Shown here one piece after another: positions 9,484 through 22,044 of a DNA stretch of 64,000 nucleotides. The translations under genes were made by a program, and so were the position numbers. The DNA comes from Vicugna vicugna (Eukaryota): positions 248,001 to 312,000 of the forward strand of contig MU061230.1 of NCBI GenBank assembly GCA_013265495.1. Reading direction: 5' to 3'. Under the pieces are notes generated by a model. That model searched no databases. It was not told the origin of the DNA and was given only the letters and a program-made list of their open reading frames with translations. Within the stretch, counting starts at the first letter, position 1. Each line of letters begins with the position of its first letter.

Positions 9484-11327
9484 CAAAACTTAAACCCAAA
9501 CTAAAGTTTGAAAAAGACTGCAGATAGCACAAGCCTTTTCTAGGCCAATATACATGCTCCATTTTGTTCTAAATATTAGTTATCTCTCATTTATTAGCCA
9601 TGCAAGTTTTGATGTTAATCTAATTAAATATTACAACTTAGCAGTTCACTCAATTTACAAGTCATACTATAACATTCATTTTTAAATTGGAAACTCGTTT
9701 ACACTGTAAAACTTCCATACCACATTACGTTAGTTTTGATCAGCTGTCTCTGTTTTCTGGATGTCCGATGCCTAATGAAAATTGCTGCCAATCTGTGGCT
9801 TGGCAGAGCAATGCTTTGCCTGCTCCAGTCCAGTAGTTTCTCCTGTGCTCTGAGTGACAGACTTGTCTATTTCATATATTTCTCTTATCCCTTGCAGTCT
9901 GCTGCTATTCTCTCAATTTCTTTCTCTCCTTCTGGCATTTGAAAATATTTTTAGGGTACATTGGAGGTATCGTAAGAGCAGAAACAAGAAAATGGTAGTG
10001 TCATAAAAGGCCCAAGAAGCACACAGAAAAATCTTAAGCCTTCCATAAAAATAGGTCATTGGAAATTGTGTATTGCAGTGTTTAACAAGTTGAGAATTTC
10101 ACGCCTTTCTAAAAAAATTGTTTTAAGTATTCCATTTCAGAGAGAATCTTCCATTTTCCTGGACTTTGCATCAGAACAGGCAAACTGCTCAGATATATAT
10201 ATTTTCAATCCAGAGATTATAAAATCAGAATTCTTTGGTCCTGTATTACCTTTACTGGCTATTACATTATCCAAGTTGACTGTTTCACTAATGACCTTTT
10301 GCTGGTTTTCTAAAGTCATCACTGCTAAAATTTTGAGAACCATTCTAGCCTCTTCTTCCAACAACCAGAATCCCCTAATAGTTTCTTTCTCTATCAACAA
10401 TTTCTTAGGAATTAAAACTTCTCATGTCATTCAAACATACTTCCTGTGACATTATATGACCTTTAAGCCTTCTATCTCTTTGGATTATGTGGCCAACAAT
10501 TGTATATTCAATTCTTGAATTCTAAGGTGCAGCCTAAGCTTTCCAAAAATCTTCATCGAAAAAAGCTTTAAAAAAAAAAAACAACTTGATTGCTGAGAAT
10601 AAGCACGGCATGGAATAAGCAGCCTTTATACTAAGCTGAACTTTTACTGTAAACATTAAAATCAAGCATATAAGCAAAAATGTGGCAACATATAGCACAA
10701 TCTATACAGTGCAGTCCAGAAAGAGATCTTTTGTTGTGTTTGCATCCTAACCTTGACATCTGATGAATGAAAGTTACACAGTACAGTTCAGCTGGCCTAG
10801 CCAGCCAGCTGTTGCTAGCGTAAATTGATTACTTAACATGTGAAGACGAGGCTACTATAAAGAAAAAACCAGAAAGGATACAGTGGCGAGTTGTAACATC
10901 AGCGGGTTCTATAATGTTTTCTGCTGTCTGGAGGAGACCAGAGTGAAGTACTATGAGAAAATGATGACATTTTACAAGACTCTTGTGAACTGGGCTTTTT
11001 AAACTACTGAAAACAGAAAGTCCCTCTGTTGTCATCTAAGGGTCCCTACCCTGAGAGTAATCCCTCCCAGCCACACTTCTCCAAAATTGGTGCCCTTGGG
11101 AACAGAATTATCAAGTGAAATGTTTTTTTCCCAATCAGCTCTTCTCTGATGTCTTACTAGAGAGAAAAACGTGAAAGAAAAACTCTGGTGGCAGCATATT
11201 CTACCAACACCCTTAAAGGTAACCGCGCCTGAGTTACCTTTCCCCTCAAAAGTTCTCTCAGTACCTTGCTCCGATCAATCCTTTAAGACCCAGTTAGCCC
11301 TTTGCCACTTCTGAGAAGTGGGTTCAT

Positions 11328-11470
11328 ATAGGAAAGAATGCTAGTATTGAAGGCCTAGGTCCAAATCTTGGCTCTCTTACTTAACTTTTTAAGGAAAAGC
11401 TCTTGTCTTCCTGGTGCCTCTTTCCTAATCTTCAAAATGGGAACAATAATACTTGCCTCACAGAATTATA
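11328..11470 (+). mobile_element. MIR SINE fragment
   Basis: ccaaatcttggctct...aatcttcaaaatgggaacaataatacttgcctcacag MIR core. Confidence 0.55.
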
Positions 11471-11499
11471 TACTTGGTACGTGGTGGGTGGTGGGTAAA

Positions 11500-11527
11500 A
11501 ATTAATTAATTAATTAATTAATTAATT
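11500..11527. repeat. (AATT)7 self-complementary microsatellite
   Basis: Read directly. Confidence 0.95.
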
Positions 11528-13089
11528 TAAAGGCATCCTCTAATTACTCCAACATACATAACTTCTCTTTTAGCCCCCTGAACCCTGGCACATCACTTGA
11601 AAAATTCGTTAGTCACTTAATCTACCTCGGGGTACTTTTATGCTTGCAGGATTAAGAGATGAGTGATTTGAATCATAGCAGCAACCCAGGCTCTTAAAGG
11701 GGTTTTCCCTCTGCCCTCAGATACCTAGAAGTGTTGGATGAATGCATAGTGAACCCATATGTGCCTCTCCTACCTCTTTCCATCGAACTGATGTTTCCAC
11801 ATAGTGAGGAGAAGTGGCCGAGGAAGCTGGAGCGATAGAGGACTGGGAAAATAAAGAAGTGGTTGTTGAGACATATCACATACCCCAGGGAGTAAAGGTA
11901 CCTCAAATGACAGAGCAAGGACATCAGATCTTCTTGGCTAACTACCTTTCTCTGTCTCAAAGAGGTCTTCAGTGTGCTGAAGGGGATATAGGATTCTCAG
12001 CTCTGCCCTCCCTTCACCTAGTTTCCTGGCAGCCCAGATTCAAGAAATGTTCAGTTTTATGATTGACAGGAGCTTGAAAACCTATACAGTTATGGGAAGG
12101 GAGAGGGTGACCTATTTCACTTTGTGCTTAGCTCTATGGGCTAAGGACCGTGGTTTGTCTTGTGTCTTACTGTAGCACCTAACCTAGTGTTTCTGCACAT
12201 GATTTTTTGTCTTCTTAAAAATAGATTAATCGAACTTTTGGAAGTGATTTTCTTTATGTCAGTGAACAGGAAGTTTGGAAAGAATTTTCCCCTCTCTGCA
12301 AAGTACTAAAATTTTCTTTGCTATTAAGGGGGTCCAGTCAATTTTTAAACTTCTCTCTGCAGTAACTTATTATAGTGTATTAAATGATTTAAGGTCTGCC
12401 AAATTATAAAACTTTTATTTCTTTTACTCCATCTGGAGCAAATTATGAATATCCAGTTTGCATGTTAAACATTCACAAAAGAGAAAAATCCTTTAATTAT
12501 ATGCATTTTTAAAAAGTACCAGATTGCTTACTGAGAAATTAGCTTATTCATTGACTGTAGTGTTGTTATATAGGAATTTCTGGGTAACCTCAGTGTTGCA
12601 CCAATTCTTATTGGTCTTACGAAGTTTATGAAATATACTGAGCTCTCACCCTAAGGGACAATAGGATAGACAGCCATGCCTTGTAATTAACTCAACTTCC
12701 TTGAAGGTCTACAACAGAGAAGCAATTTAAATATGGATTTTTAAAATCCTCAAAAACACCACAGACTCATAGTCATTTCTTTACTGTGTTATATTTAAAG
12801 TGATTTAAAGAATGAAACCCAAGTTAGTAAAAAGTTACTTGTAAAGAATTGAGAAGCTTTTTCCATGTGTGCATGCAAACATCCTACATACTGCTTCCTG
12901 TATTTCTTCCAAGTGTCTTTATGTAGCTGTTTCTCAGATTTTTTACATAAAATTATTTTCTGCCATAACCAAATGAATCCTGTCTTTTCCCTCGGTGTTT
13001 CCTAGAACATGAGGAAAAACCTATGATCTGAAACATGGTGGGGGGTCAGGGTTCTTCCCTGTGTGTGTCTATGCCTCGATGCACGATCT

Positions 13090-13515
13090 GGCCCTAGCAA
13101 ATCTCATCCCTCATGGTCCTTTTCAGTCGCCCTGAACTCCTCCCTTCCTTAATACACCACACCCTTTGGAATGTGCCGTTTGCACTGGTCAAAGCACCCC
13201 TCACCTGGCTAATTTCTACTGATCTTCCAAACCTCAATGTAGAACTCACTTCTTCCCGGCAGCCTTCCCTGACGGGCCTAACCTGGGCCGCTGTCCCACT
13301 TATGAAATCATATAGTGCCCTGGGACATCTCCCCTCTGCAGCCTTCATCACACAGTAACGAAAGTATCACTTGTCTGCACCCTCTCTGTATGCTCTGCTC
13401 TGGGCTGACCGAAGCCGTCCTGTTAATCATCACATCCCCAGGACCCACCCTGGGCCAGATATGTCAAGATCCTCAAAATACATCACTGCAACGAACAAAG
13501 AAGGGAATGAATATG
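13090..13515 (+). mobile_element. L2 3' fragment
   Basis: cctcaatgtagaactcacttcttcccggcagccttccctgac...ends in gaatgaat. Confidence 0.55.
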
Positions 13516-14114
13516 TATATGTATTATTATTATTGCCCTGAGCTCTGAAGACACAAGTGTACAAGACAAAAAGTGACTTCTGCCTGAATTTTTGCAGTGA
13601 TGATCAATTTGTTTTAGCTTTCAAATTCTAACTTAAAATAATCTGTGATGCTCACAAAGTTTGTAATCAACAAAGTACCACATAGGTACTTCTCTGTCAC
13701 TTGTCAGAAAAGTGTATCACTGGGGCCATGGCAAGCCTTTGATGTGACCCTGTTTACCTGCATGTTATGGCCCACATGTCAGTATCAGTCACTAAACAGC
13801 AAGTCAAGCCCATGAATTCTTAACGAATTGAGCCGTTTCATGTTCTGGAAGACAATGTATCTACAATTTTGATATCAGTCGAGGGAGTTCTCATTAGTCT
13901 AATGTTGCTCATATGAAAAGCCTCTCCTATTTTGCAGAGCCTGTTTCTCGGTTTCTTAAGCTCCTCCATTACATCACGAGCTTCTTGCATGTCTTCTCCA
14001 TGTTTTAACAGCCACAGTGCCCGGCATGGCGCCAGGCACAGAGAAGGTGCTCCGGGAGCTGCAAGGGAGTTATGTAATAGCAGTTTTGAGTGTGACGGGC
14101 AGAGAGTCACTGCC

Positions 14115-14295
14115 CGTGTAATTTTATTCACTTCTCACAACAGCTTCAAGAAGATTTACTCACATTCTTATCTTATGGATAAGGAAATGGAAATCTAGAG
14201 ATGCTGGGAAGCTTGCCCGAAGTCATGTTACTTGAATATTGGAACCAGGAGTTCAATCCAGGAAAGTCTGATCTGAAGCCCACCCCTGTTCCACC
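14115..14295 (-). mobile_element. MIR SINE
   Basis: ctcacaacagc...atggataaggaaatggaaatctagag...ttgcccgaagtcatg...ggagttcaatccagg. Confidence 0.65.
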
Positions 14296-14835
14296 ACCAC
14301 ACTCTGCCTTTCAGTACGTATTTACTAAATCGATTTATTACTAATTTCCATAGGAGACAAACGAATCAGCCAGCACAGCTAATTCATCTAGGGGAAGGAT
14401 GAACAGACAGGATATTGATAGGTTATATAAATGAACTTTTGTCTTTGGAGTTAGTGGAATTAGCCACTAAGGATCATCAGAAGCACAACATCACCAGTAA
14501 ATAGAGCTGTAAACACACCATTTTGGCAGGCAGATCTAAGAAATGGAGTAAACAGCTTGCTAAACAGCATCAACCTAATTCCATTAACAGGTCTCTAAGG
14601 GAAACAAGGGGAGGCAGAGATGGCTGGTTGCCTCTGTCATCCATCCATCCTCCTTTTCCTCCTTTGAAACACAATACGAAAGGCCACAGTTCCTGGCCTC
14701 CCTTGCAGCTAGTTATGGTAAACTGAAATGTTCTGTGGGGTCTTCATACAAGTGTTCTTCAAAGGAAGGGGGAGTACCCTTCTTTTCTCTGCTGGCCGGG
14801 ATGCAGATGTGATGGGTTGAAGTCGAATCACCATT

Positions 14836-14949
14836 TTGAGAGCTTGTCTGAAGGCTCTGGCAGGGAGCGCAGCTACTCGTATACCCTTGACCAAGAAGAA
14901 CGGTCCTCCGCTATCGGGGATGGTCGTCCTCTTCCACCAAGCGCGCAGC
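14836..14949 (-). pseudogene. 7SK snRNA retropseudogene (RN7SK-like), 3'-truncated; its 5' part probably lies in the N gap
   Basis: Reverse complement GCTGCGCGCTTGGTGGAAGAGGACGACCATCCCCGATAGCGGAGGACCGTTCTTCTTGGTCAAGGGTATACGAGTAGCTGCGCTCCCTGCCAGAGCCTTCAGACAAGCTCTCAA aligns to ~nt 127-239 of 7SK as I recall it (~10 differences). Confidence 0.92.
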
Positions 14950-15084
14950 NNNNNNNNNNNNNNNNNNNNNNNNNNNNNNNNNNNNNNNNNNNNNNNNNNN
15001 NNNNNNNNNNNNNNNNNNNNNNNNNNNNNNNNNNNNNNNNNNNNNNNNNNNNNNNNNNNNNNNNNNNNNNNNNNNNNNNNNNNN
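14950..15084. other. Assembly gap (135 N)
   Basis: N run. Confidence 1.
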
Positions 15085-15974
15085 CATTTTGGATCACAAG
15101 GTGACAGGCCACGGATGACCAGAGCAGCGCCATAGGAAGAATCTAGCTTCTGACGACCTTTGAGCTGCCATCCTGATCTGGTCTGCCAAACTCTCGACAT
15201 CCTCTGTGTGAAAGGATAACAAACTATCACCTTGTTCAAGCCAAACGTGGAAGTGGAAATAGCCAGTTTAGTGATTTCCATCATTGACGAAAGTGTCCCT
15301 CCTGTGTGTTACTCTGTTTCTGTCCAGTTTATTTCGCCTTACCACACTGCAGCTGTTCGTGCTTCCTGGCCCTGCACTGCACGTTTGAAACTAGCAGGCA
15401 GCAATAGCTGTCGCTATAGCATAGTCTGGCTGTTGACCCCATCGAACGAGTTCGCAGTAAGTCCTTTATAGGTGACTCTGAGGAAAGGTTAGGAGGCCAC
15501 ATGTAAACCTCAGATTTTGAATTATACAGTTGAGAAGGTTAGGCCCTACCTCAGCTTTCTCTTATCTGACCGTCGATCTAATGCCACATCATTCTGATCC
15601 TCCCAGACGGCGCACTTTTCTCCTGCTTGGTGGTTAACCGCAAATGTTTACGAAGTTTACAACGAAATAATGTGTAAAACCTTGTGTGTGTACAGTGAGT
15701 TCACAGGTGGATTGTAAAGGTTTTGGTTCTTTAAGAAAGTAATCAGTTTATTGAATGGGGTAGAGTCTGTAGGGTGCAAACAGGGGATGGCTTTATTTTT
15801 CTCTAAGCTTCAAACATGCTGTCTCTCATTCCTGCCCTACAGATAACCCTTCATGTAGCTCCCGTACCTTTTTAGTCACTTGGGTATTTAAGGCTCGTTA
15901 AAAGACAAATACAGTCTAAATCAAAACCCTGTCTCTGATTCTCTAACCCATTTACGTCTAATCTCACACCCAAT

Positions 15975-16400
15975 TCAAAGTTTCCCCTGGCTTCCCCCAG
16001 CTCCCAGCCCAGGCCGGACCCACTGTGGGGGCCTGAGGGCTGCGTGTGACCTTTCTCTCACGCTGCCTTGACTCTACCCATTTAGAGAGAGTAATCTCTG
16101 TCCATTCTAATCTTGGCCCTTTATCCCTGCCACGTGCCCCCTTGCTCACTTCTCTCCAGTCCCACTGGCCTCCTTTCACCCCAGACCCTTCTGCCAAGGG
16201 CCTTTGGGTTTTCTGTTCCTCTGCTTCACTCTCCCCCCAGCTCTCGTGTGGCTTGCCCCCTCCCTTTTAGGCCTCTGCTCAAGTGGCCCCTTATCAGTGA
16301 GGCTTCCCTGACTGCTCTATCTCAAGTGACACACACCCACACCCGTTGCCTCCTTACTCTGCTCTCTGCTTCTCTTCTCACCATCCAACAATGCTGGGAG
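15975..16400 (+). mobile_element. L2 fragment
   Basis: Pyrimidine-rich L2-like text (ctgctcaagtggccccttatcagtgaggcttccctgac). Confidence 0.5.
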
Positions 16401-16799
16401 GCCCGGCGCCTGTCCCCTCTCCTGCAGGGGGAGGTTGGGAGGTTGGGAGCTGACATACCTTTCTCTCTGTAGGAGAAGAGGAGGGAAAAAAGCCAGTACA
16501 CCCTCTAGTTGTCTGAATCCCTGTTCTTGACTTTCCTCAATCACCTCTCACAATCTGGTCTTGTCCTACCGGAGCTGGTGGTGAGAGTTTCACAGACACC
16601 AGGCCGATCTGTTCTCTGGTACTCAGCCTGCCATGAATGTGTCAGGCACTCGCTTTGGAATGTGAGGGCAATTATCTCTTATTCTTCTCAGCTTTGGGAC
16701 TTCAGCTCAAATAGAGGGACAAAAAGTAAAACTTCATTCGATATGCTCTTAAGAACCTTCTCATGATGGAGCACGTTGCCACTGTCATGAAGAGAACAT

Positions 16800-17050
16800 C
16801 TGAATTTGAGGTAACCACCATGAGATGAGCAGACGGCTCCATGGATTCAGGAGGCCCAGTGTTTAGGAACTGGGGACCCAGGCGTTTGCACAGCTCAAAT
16901 GCAATATAAAACTAGTTACGCAGTGATACTGCTGCTGGATCCAGCCCTGCTGAAGCCAGTGCCTGCATTGTTATATGAGCTAATTTTCTTTTTTTCCTTA
17001 AGCCAGGTGACTTGGCTTTTCATCACTTGCCCCTCAGTGGTCCTGGCTGT
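16800..17050 (+). mobile_element. Old MaLR LTR fragment (MLT1K/L-like)
   Basis: ctggatccagccctgctgaagcc...ccttaagccaggtgacttggcttttcatcacttgc. Confidence 0.5.
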
Positions 17051-20000
17051 CCCCACCATTTCTTGACTTAAACTGTTGCCTGTGTGCGGTCATCAGAGTT
17101 AGTACGTTCCTGGCATATTTTTGCAAGATGGACTTTTTCCAGGGAGTGCTGATAAATGAAAGGACTTATTTATTAATGTCCCACTCTGGGATTCTCCTGG
17201 GCACTGAGCACAATAGGAGAAATATTATTAATAATTAGTTTTGACAACTTCGGTAATGTGAATTTCAGTGGTCTCCAAAAGTCTGGCTTGGGCACAACTG
17301 GATAGGCTTGTTTCCTGCAGGACTTTTCCAACCTTTAACATGCTAACATGCCTTGTGAATCTTTGTGTGGGACCTTGGATTCAGGGTTTCCAAACTTAAT
17401 TGATCACAGGAACCCTTTTACAGAGCGCTGATGGTCTTCTGTTCTAAGGAGCACACTCAGTAAAATACTGAATCAGATACATTTGATTCTATTACCAACT
17501 CTAAGATTTTTTCCCTTGGGCTCTGAAATTCTTTAAGACTTGGAATCACTTTTCCAGAGTGTTTATCCATTACAAGTGAGTGATCTTACATTTCTCAAGC
17601 CAGTCTGTCTATATTTAATACTAACTGGACAATGACTGCTTTTCAGAGTCCTTGTTCTAAGGCTATAATTGGATAAAATATGAACATATGTACTGGCCTT
17701 AAACTCAGACTAGAACCCTAAGGACCAACTTAGTAGATAATTCAGGAAACGAAAGGTGTGAAAATTAATTTTAAAGAATTAAAAGAAAATAGAAAATAGA
17801 TAAGCTGTCCCTTTTCCCTCCAGGTGAAGATATTTCCTGATACAATTCAAAACTCAGAATGGGAATTAGAATTCTAATGTGCGGTTTAAACAAAGAGAGA
17901 TGGAATTTTGGAACCATCTAACGAACATTGTCATTGGGAAAGTGACATTAGGTTGCCTGACATAAGATTTGGGATGTTCTAAAAACCTCTCAAAAACGGG
18001 TTTTCTAGTGACTTAATTTAATTCTCAAATTGCAAATAGACTTCAATTTAGATGTCAATTCCAATTAGTTGGCAGTGCTTGAAGTATGAGGTTGCAAAGA
18101 GCTGAGAATCTCAACACAGTGGAACAAGTGTGGTGACTGATGAGCAAGATTTGTTTTGTGCGGGGGAAGAGGAGTGAAGGCCCCCCATTCTTGTATTTGC
18201 CACCCCAATTTTAAGTCATACTTGGAGGTGTCTTAAGTCATAAATAGTGCAGGTGAGTTGGATCGAGTCAGCTATTTGAGAAATACAGGTTATTTAAAAA
18301 TGATTCCGAAGCTCCTGTCTAATCACTCAGAATGTATATAACACCCAATGTGTGGGTCTGGGAGAAGCTGGTGTACCAGAGAACCATGTTACACGGATTT
18401 AGGTTAGAAATGTGAACTTGGCAGAAATTTGATCCAACAATGGACCCCATAGTAAGGGCTCCTGGCCAAGGAAGTTTATGAATCTCTTTTAGCTTGTGAA
18501 ATATAAATCTTCAGCTTTAGTATAGTGTCTGTATGGAGAATTTCTGTTGGAGACTACATAATTGGTCTTTTTTGTGAGTACACTGAGTTCACATTCATTA
18601 TCACCTGTTTTGCCAAGTAGGACTGTAAATCCTTAATGAAATTCTCAATATAAAGGGTAAAAGGTTTTCTTTCCTTTAGCAAAAGGGCTGTGTACCCACA
18701 GGGATCCCACAGTCCCTAAAGTGGATGACGCTGTCAGAGGGAGGGCTACTTCACTGGGGATAAAGGAGGAAGACAGTAATATGGCCTTGTTGATCACGCA
18801 GTCCAGACAGTTTCTGGCCCACATGTCTGGGGGGGGTAGTCCTCTTGGTAGATGAGCTGCCGCCCAAGTGGAGTGACGTCCCCGTGAGTCAGCACCACTT
18901 ACACCTTGACACCCAGCTTCCTGCCCAAATCTGAGCCAAAGCTGTTTCTTAGCCAAATGACATAAAAAACAACCTGAGGAAAATACAAAGAAAATTATGC
19001 CCCTTCGAGACGGTTTATATCCAGTAATGTCTAGTCTGTGGCTAAAATTCTGGACTTGAAAGTAGGAGAGCTGAGTACAGGTTAGACAAAGACAGAAATG
19101 GAAAGTGCTGTGTTCCTTTCCCAGCTTGAACAGGACCTGCCTCAGAAACCTTGACAATTCCACTTCCCTGGGCCTCAGTGTCCTCATATTTTTAATTGGG
19201 AAGAGAGGGAGGCTGGAGTTGGAGACAGTGAGGAAAGGGATTTCATACGTCACAAGTTCTAGATATTTTATCTAAAGAATTCCCAGGTTTCCCCCAGACC
19301 ATAGCCGGTGGGCTCACACAGCCAGTGGTGAGATGGTGGCCCCACAGACTGAGTGACATAGAGGGAAGCCCCCTCCCCCAGCCCCTCGCAACTGCTGTAG
19401 GAAGTCTCCAAGTTTTATCAGATAAGTGATTTGGAATTTTGGGGGTCTCTCTAGCTACCTGATGGTTTCAGATGCTGCCAGTGCCCTGTGGCTCTTGAGG
19501 TGGGTACCATCACGAGCGTAGTACCTCCTTCCTCCTTGTGACATAGCCCACCTCGTAACAGTGCTGCTGGGCAATGTGGTCCCATGTCGTTATCTGCCAG
19601 CATTTTGCAGGTGTCTTTCTCTAGAATGAACAAAAGTTCCTGAGGGTCAGGCTGGGAACAATCCAACTGCATTCAAAATCACCTTTTCCTGTAGAAGACC
19701 TGTACACAGACAGACGGCATGGACCATCTTTCCTTGGGTTAAGTTCCTTAGACCTTTAAACTTTCTGCTCTTAAAAGCTTTACAAGACTTTTTGTAAAAC
19801 TCAGTATCTCTTTATACATGATCAAGTCATCAGAACATGTTGTACAGAGAATCTATTTTATATTATCCTCATCCTTTAAATACCTTTCCTCAAAATCTTG
19901 GAGTTACGGGTTCACCTCACTCAGGTCAGAGGGAGCAAACTGTCCGGCCAAAGTAGACCGACTGACTTTTTCTGTCAGGAGAAGGCCGACTTTATTTTCA

Positions 20001-20769
20001 TCTTACTGTTTTTATTGCAAAGCCACATGGTTAAATGCATACCTGTGCAACCTCACTCCTGAATTCAAGTTGAGAATAAATTGAGAGAGAAGGCTCGGAG
20101 CCCTGTGGTGACTTTCTTTGCCTTGCTCCCCCTCTCCAGAGATCTCCTCAGGAAATCTCCATTCCCTCAGGGTCCCTCGCTTCGTGGCCCGGAGGTGTTT
20201 ACCCCTGGCGCAAACACGCAGGGGCTCCATGCCCGGTGTGGCTTTGCCCTCACCATGTTTTGTGCAGTGGCTACAGGGCCTGTGGCTGGGAAAGGGGATG
20301 TGGGAAAAGGAACCGCGGGCCACCACAGGTTCTCTTCTGTAAACTCGTGTGACGAGAGGATACGTGAGAGTTCAGGACTTGAACAGTGATTCTGTTCAAA
20401 CAATCGATCTCTGTGAACCCCTCCAAATTCTTCCTGTGTGTTACAGGCACCGCAGTTTAAGGACCACTGCCTTAAACCCTCTTAATCACCACCAGTTGGT
20501 AGGTCTGATTGCTCTCCTTAACTTAGGCCTGCAAATTTGTTGGATATTTGCAGTGTACCAGCCAAAGTTAGTCTTTCTGAAGACCTTGTTACAGATCGTC
20601 AACTGTGCCATCCAAAGTCATGTAGCAGAAGACCCAGGAACTAGACGGAGGTTTTTAGTGCCTAAGTTAGCTTTTTCTTTCCTACCACAAAGGCATTCTG
20701 AGTTGCACAAGACTTCGTCAGCTGAGTGTGTGAATGAAGGGAAGTATTTTAAAAAGGGAACTTCAGCCT

Positions 20770-21072
20770 TTGTAGACCATTTCTGATCAAAGTCTGCATC
20801 TTTCACCAGCCCCCAGGTAATATCTGACCACCTTGGCTTGCATTCAGCAAGAATCCTGTTAGGTCAGCTTAGCCAGAACCCTCCAGGCTTCTTCTTAATA
20901 CCTTTCCATCCACTAACACCCCCACCCCCAACTTGTTCCTTGGGATTTCCTTGTGTTTGGAGCGGATCTGTCTTCCCTACTAAAGCCCACCCCCCCTTTG
21001 TAGTAATTCCCCTTGAATAAAGTCTTCCTTAACTGTCTTCAACAAGTGCCACTAATAATTTTTTCTGTAATA
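20770..21072 (+). mobile_element. ERV1-class LTR (MER31/MER67-like)
   Basis: cagcaagaatcctgttaggtcagcttagccagaa...ttgaataaagtcttccttaac...aataattttttctgtaata 3' end; left boundary uncertain. Confidence 0.6.
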
Positions 21073-21780
21073 TTCCAGTAGGCTTTAAATAACCTTGTGA
21101 AGCAGTTTGATTCACTTAGAGAAGTCTGTATAATGTTATATTAATTAGGTATGGTAATTAATAAGACAATAACTTGTTAATTCATAGAACAATTTTCTAG
21201 TGTCTTTTTGAAATTTGCTAAGCACTGGAATAAAAGATTCAACAGCTCTTAAATAGCTTTTATTGGGGAAAAAAGGACAAATTGTTTCAAAATTGCTCCT
21301 AAGGATTATGAAAACCTTTTCTCTCTAAAAGTAGCTGGCCAAGAATTGAGAAAAACTCTTCACTATAGAGAATCTCCCTACCTTTTGCTTTTCTTTTCTC
21401 TTATGTCAGTCGTTTTATTTGTTTATCCTAGGCAGTAAGAAATCAGTTTTTAACTTTGAAATTGAAGACATTTTTTGTCTTTACATTTTAAAAACTGTAC
21501 TGTTACTTTTTATAATGCCTTAGGCTAACTTGACAATTTCTAGTTTTTTATTAATTAAGAATTATTACTTTTACTGTCTCTGTCCAGTTTGATATAAAAG
21601 GAATAGTACCTAATTATACTCTAACTTTCTAATTTTGTTTTACCTTTAATTGTTAATTTCCCCCCAATTTTCAGAAATTGAGATATAACTCATTCAGGCT
21701 TAACCCTTCTAAAGTGTACAATTCATTAATTTTTAGTGGACTAACATTCTTTTAAGATAGCATCTAGGATCACCTTTTTA

Positions 21781-22044
21781 TTTTTATTTTTCTTGTATGT
21801 GTGCATTTTTTAAAAGTGAAGTATAGTCGATTTATAATGTGTCAATTTCTGGTGCACAGCATAGTGATTCAGTTGTACATATATATAAATATTCCTTTTC
21901 GTATCCTTTTTCATTGTTGGCTATTACAGGATATTGTTCCTGTATATAGTTCCCTGTGCTGTACAGTAGGACCTTGTGGTTTATCTGTTTCATATATGGT
22001 AGTTAGTATCTGCACATCCTGAACCCCCAATTTACCCCTCCCCA
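21781..22044 (-). mobile_element. 5'-truncated L1 3' end
   Basis: gaagtatagtcgatttataatgtgtcaatttctggtgcacagc...; 17-bp TSD ctaggatcaccttttta (21764-21780) / ctagggtcaccttttta (22045-22061). Confidence 0.85.

Larger units (their letters stand above)
14655..15265 (+). mobile_element. Old MaLR LTR (MLT1J/K-like) interrupted by a 7SK retrocopy
   Basis: gatgcagatgtgatggg...ccattttg[insert]gatcacaaggtga...ttgttcaagcc. Removing the insert restores the MLT1 motif ccattttggatcac. Confidence 0.6.

Noticed and set aside
14836-15084. Functional 7SK gene
   Set aside because: 3'-truncated, diverged, flanked by a TSD inside an LTR, and lacking the oligo-T terminator.
14709-15284. ORFs spanning N gaps (also 40505-40741 and 63202-63465)
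   Set aside because: Artefacts of translating N as X.
18645-19253. 202-aa minus-strand ORF
   Set aside because: Non-ATG start, non-coding-like composition, no recognised family; treated as chance.
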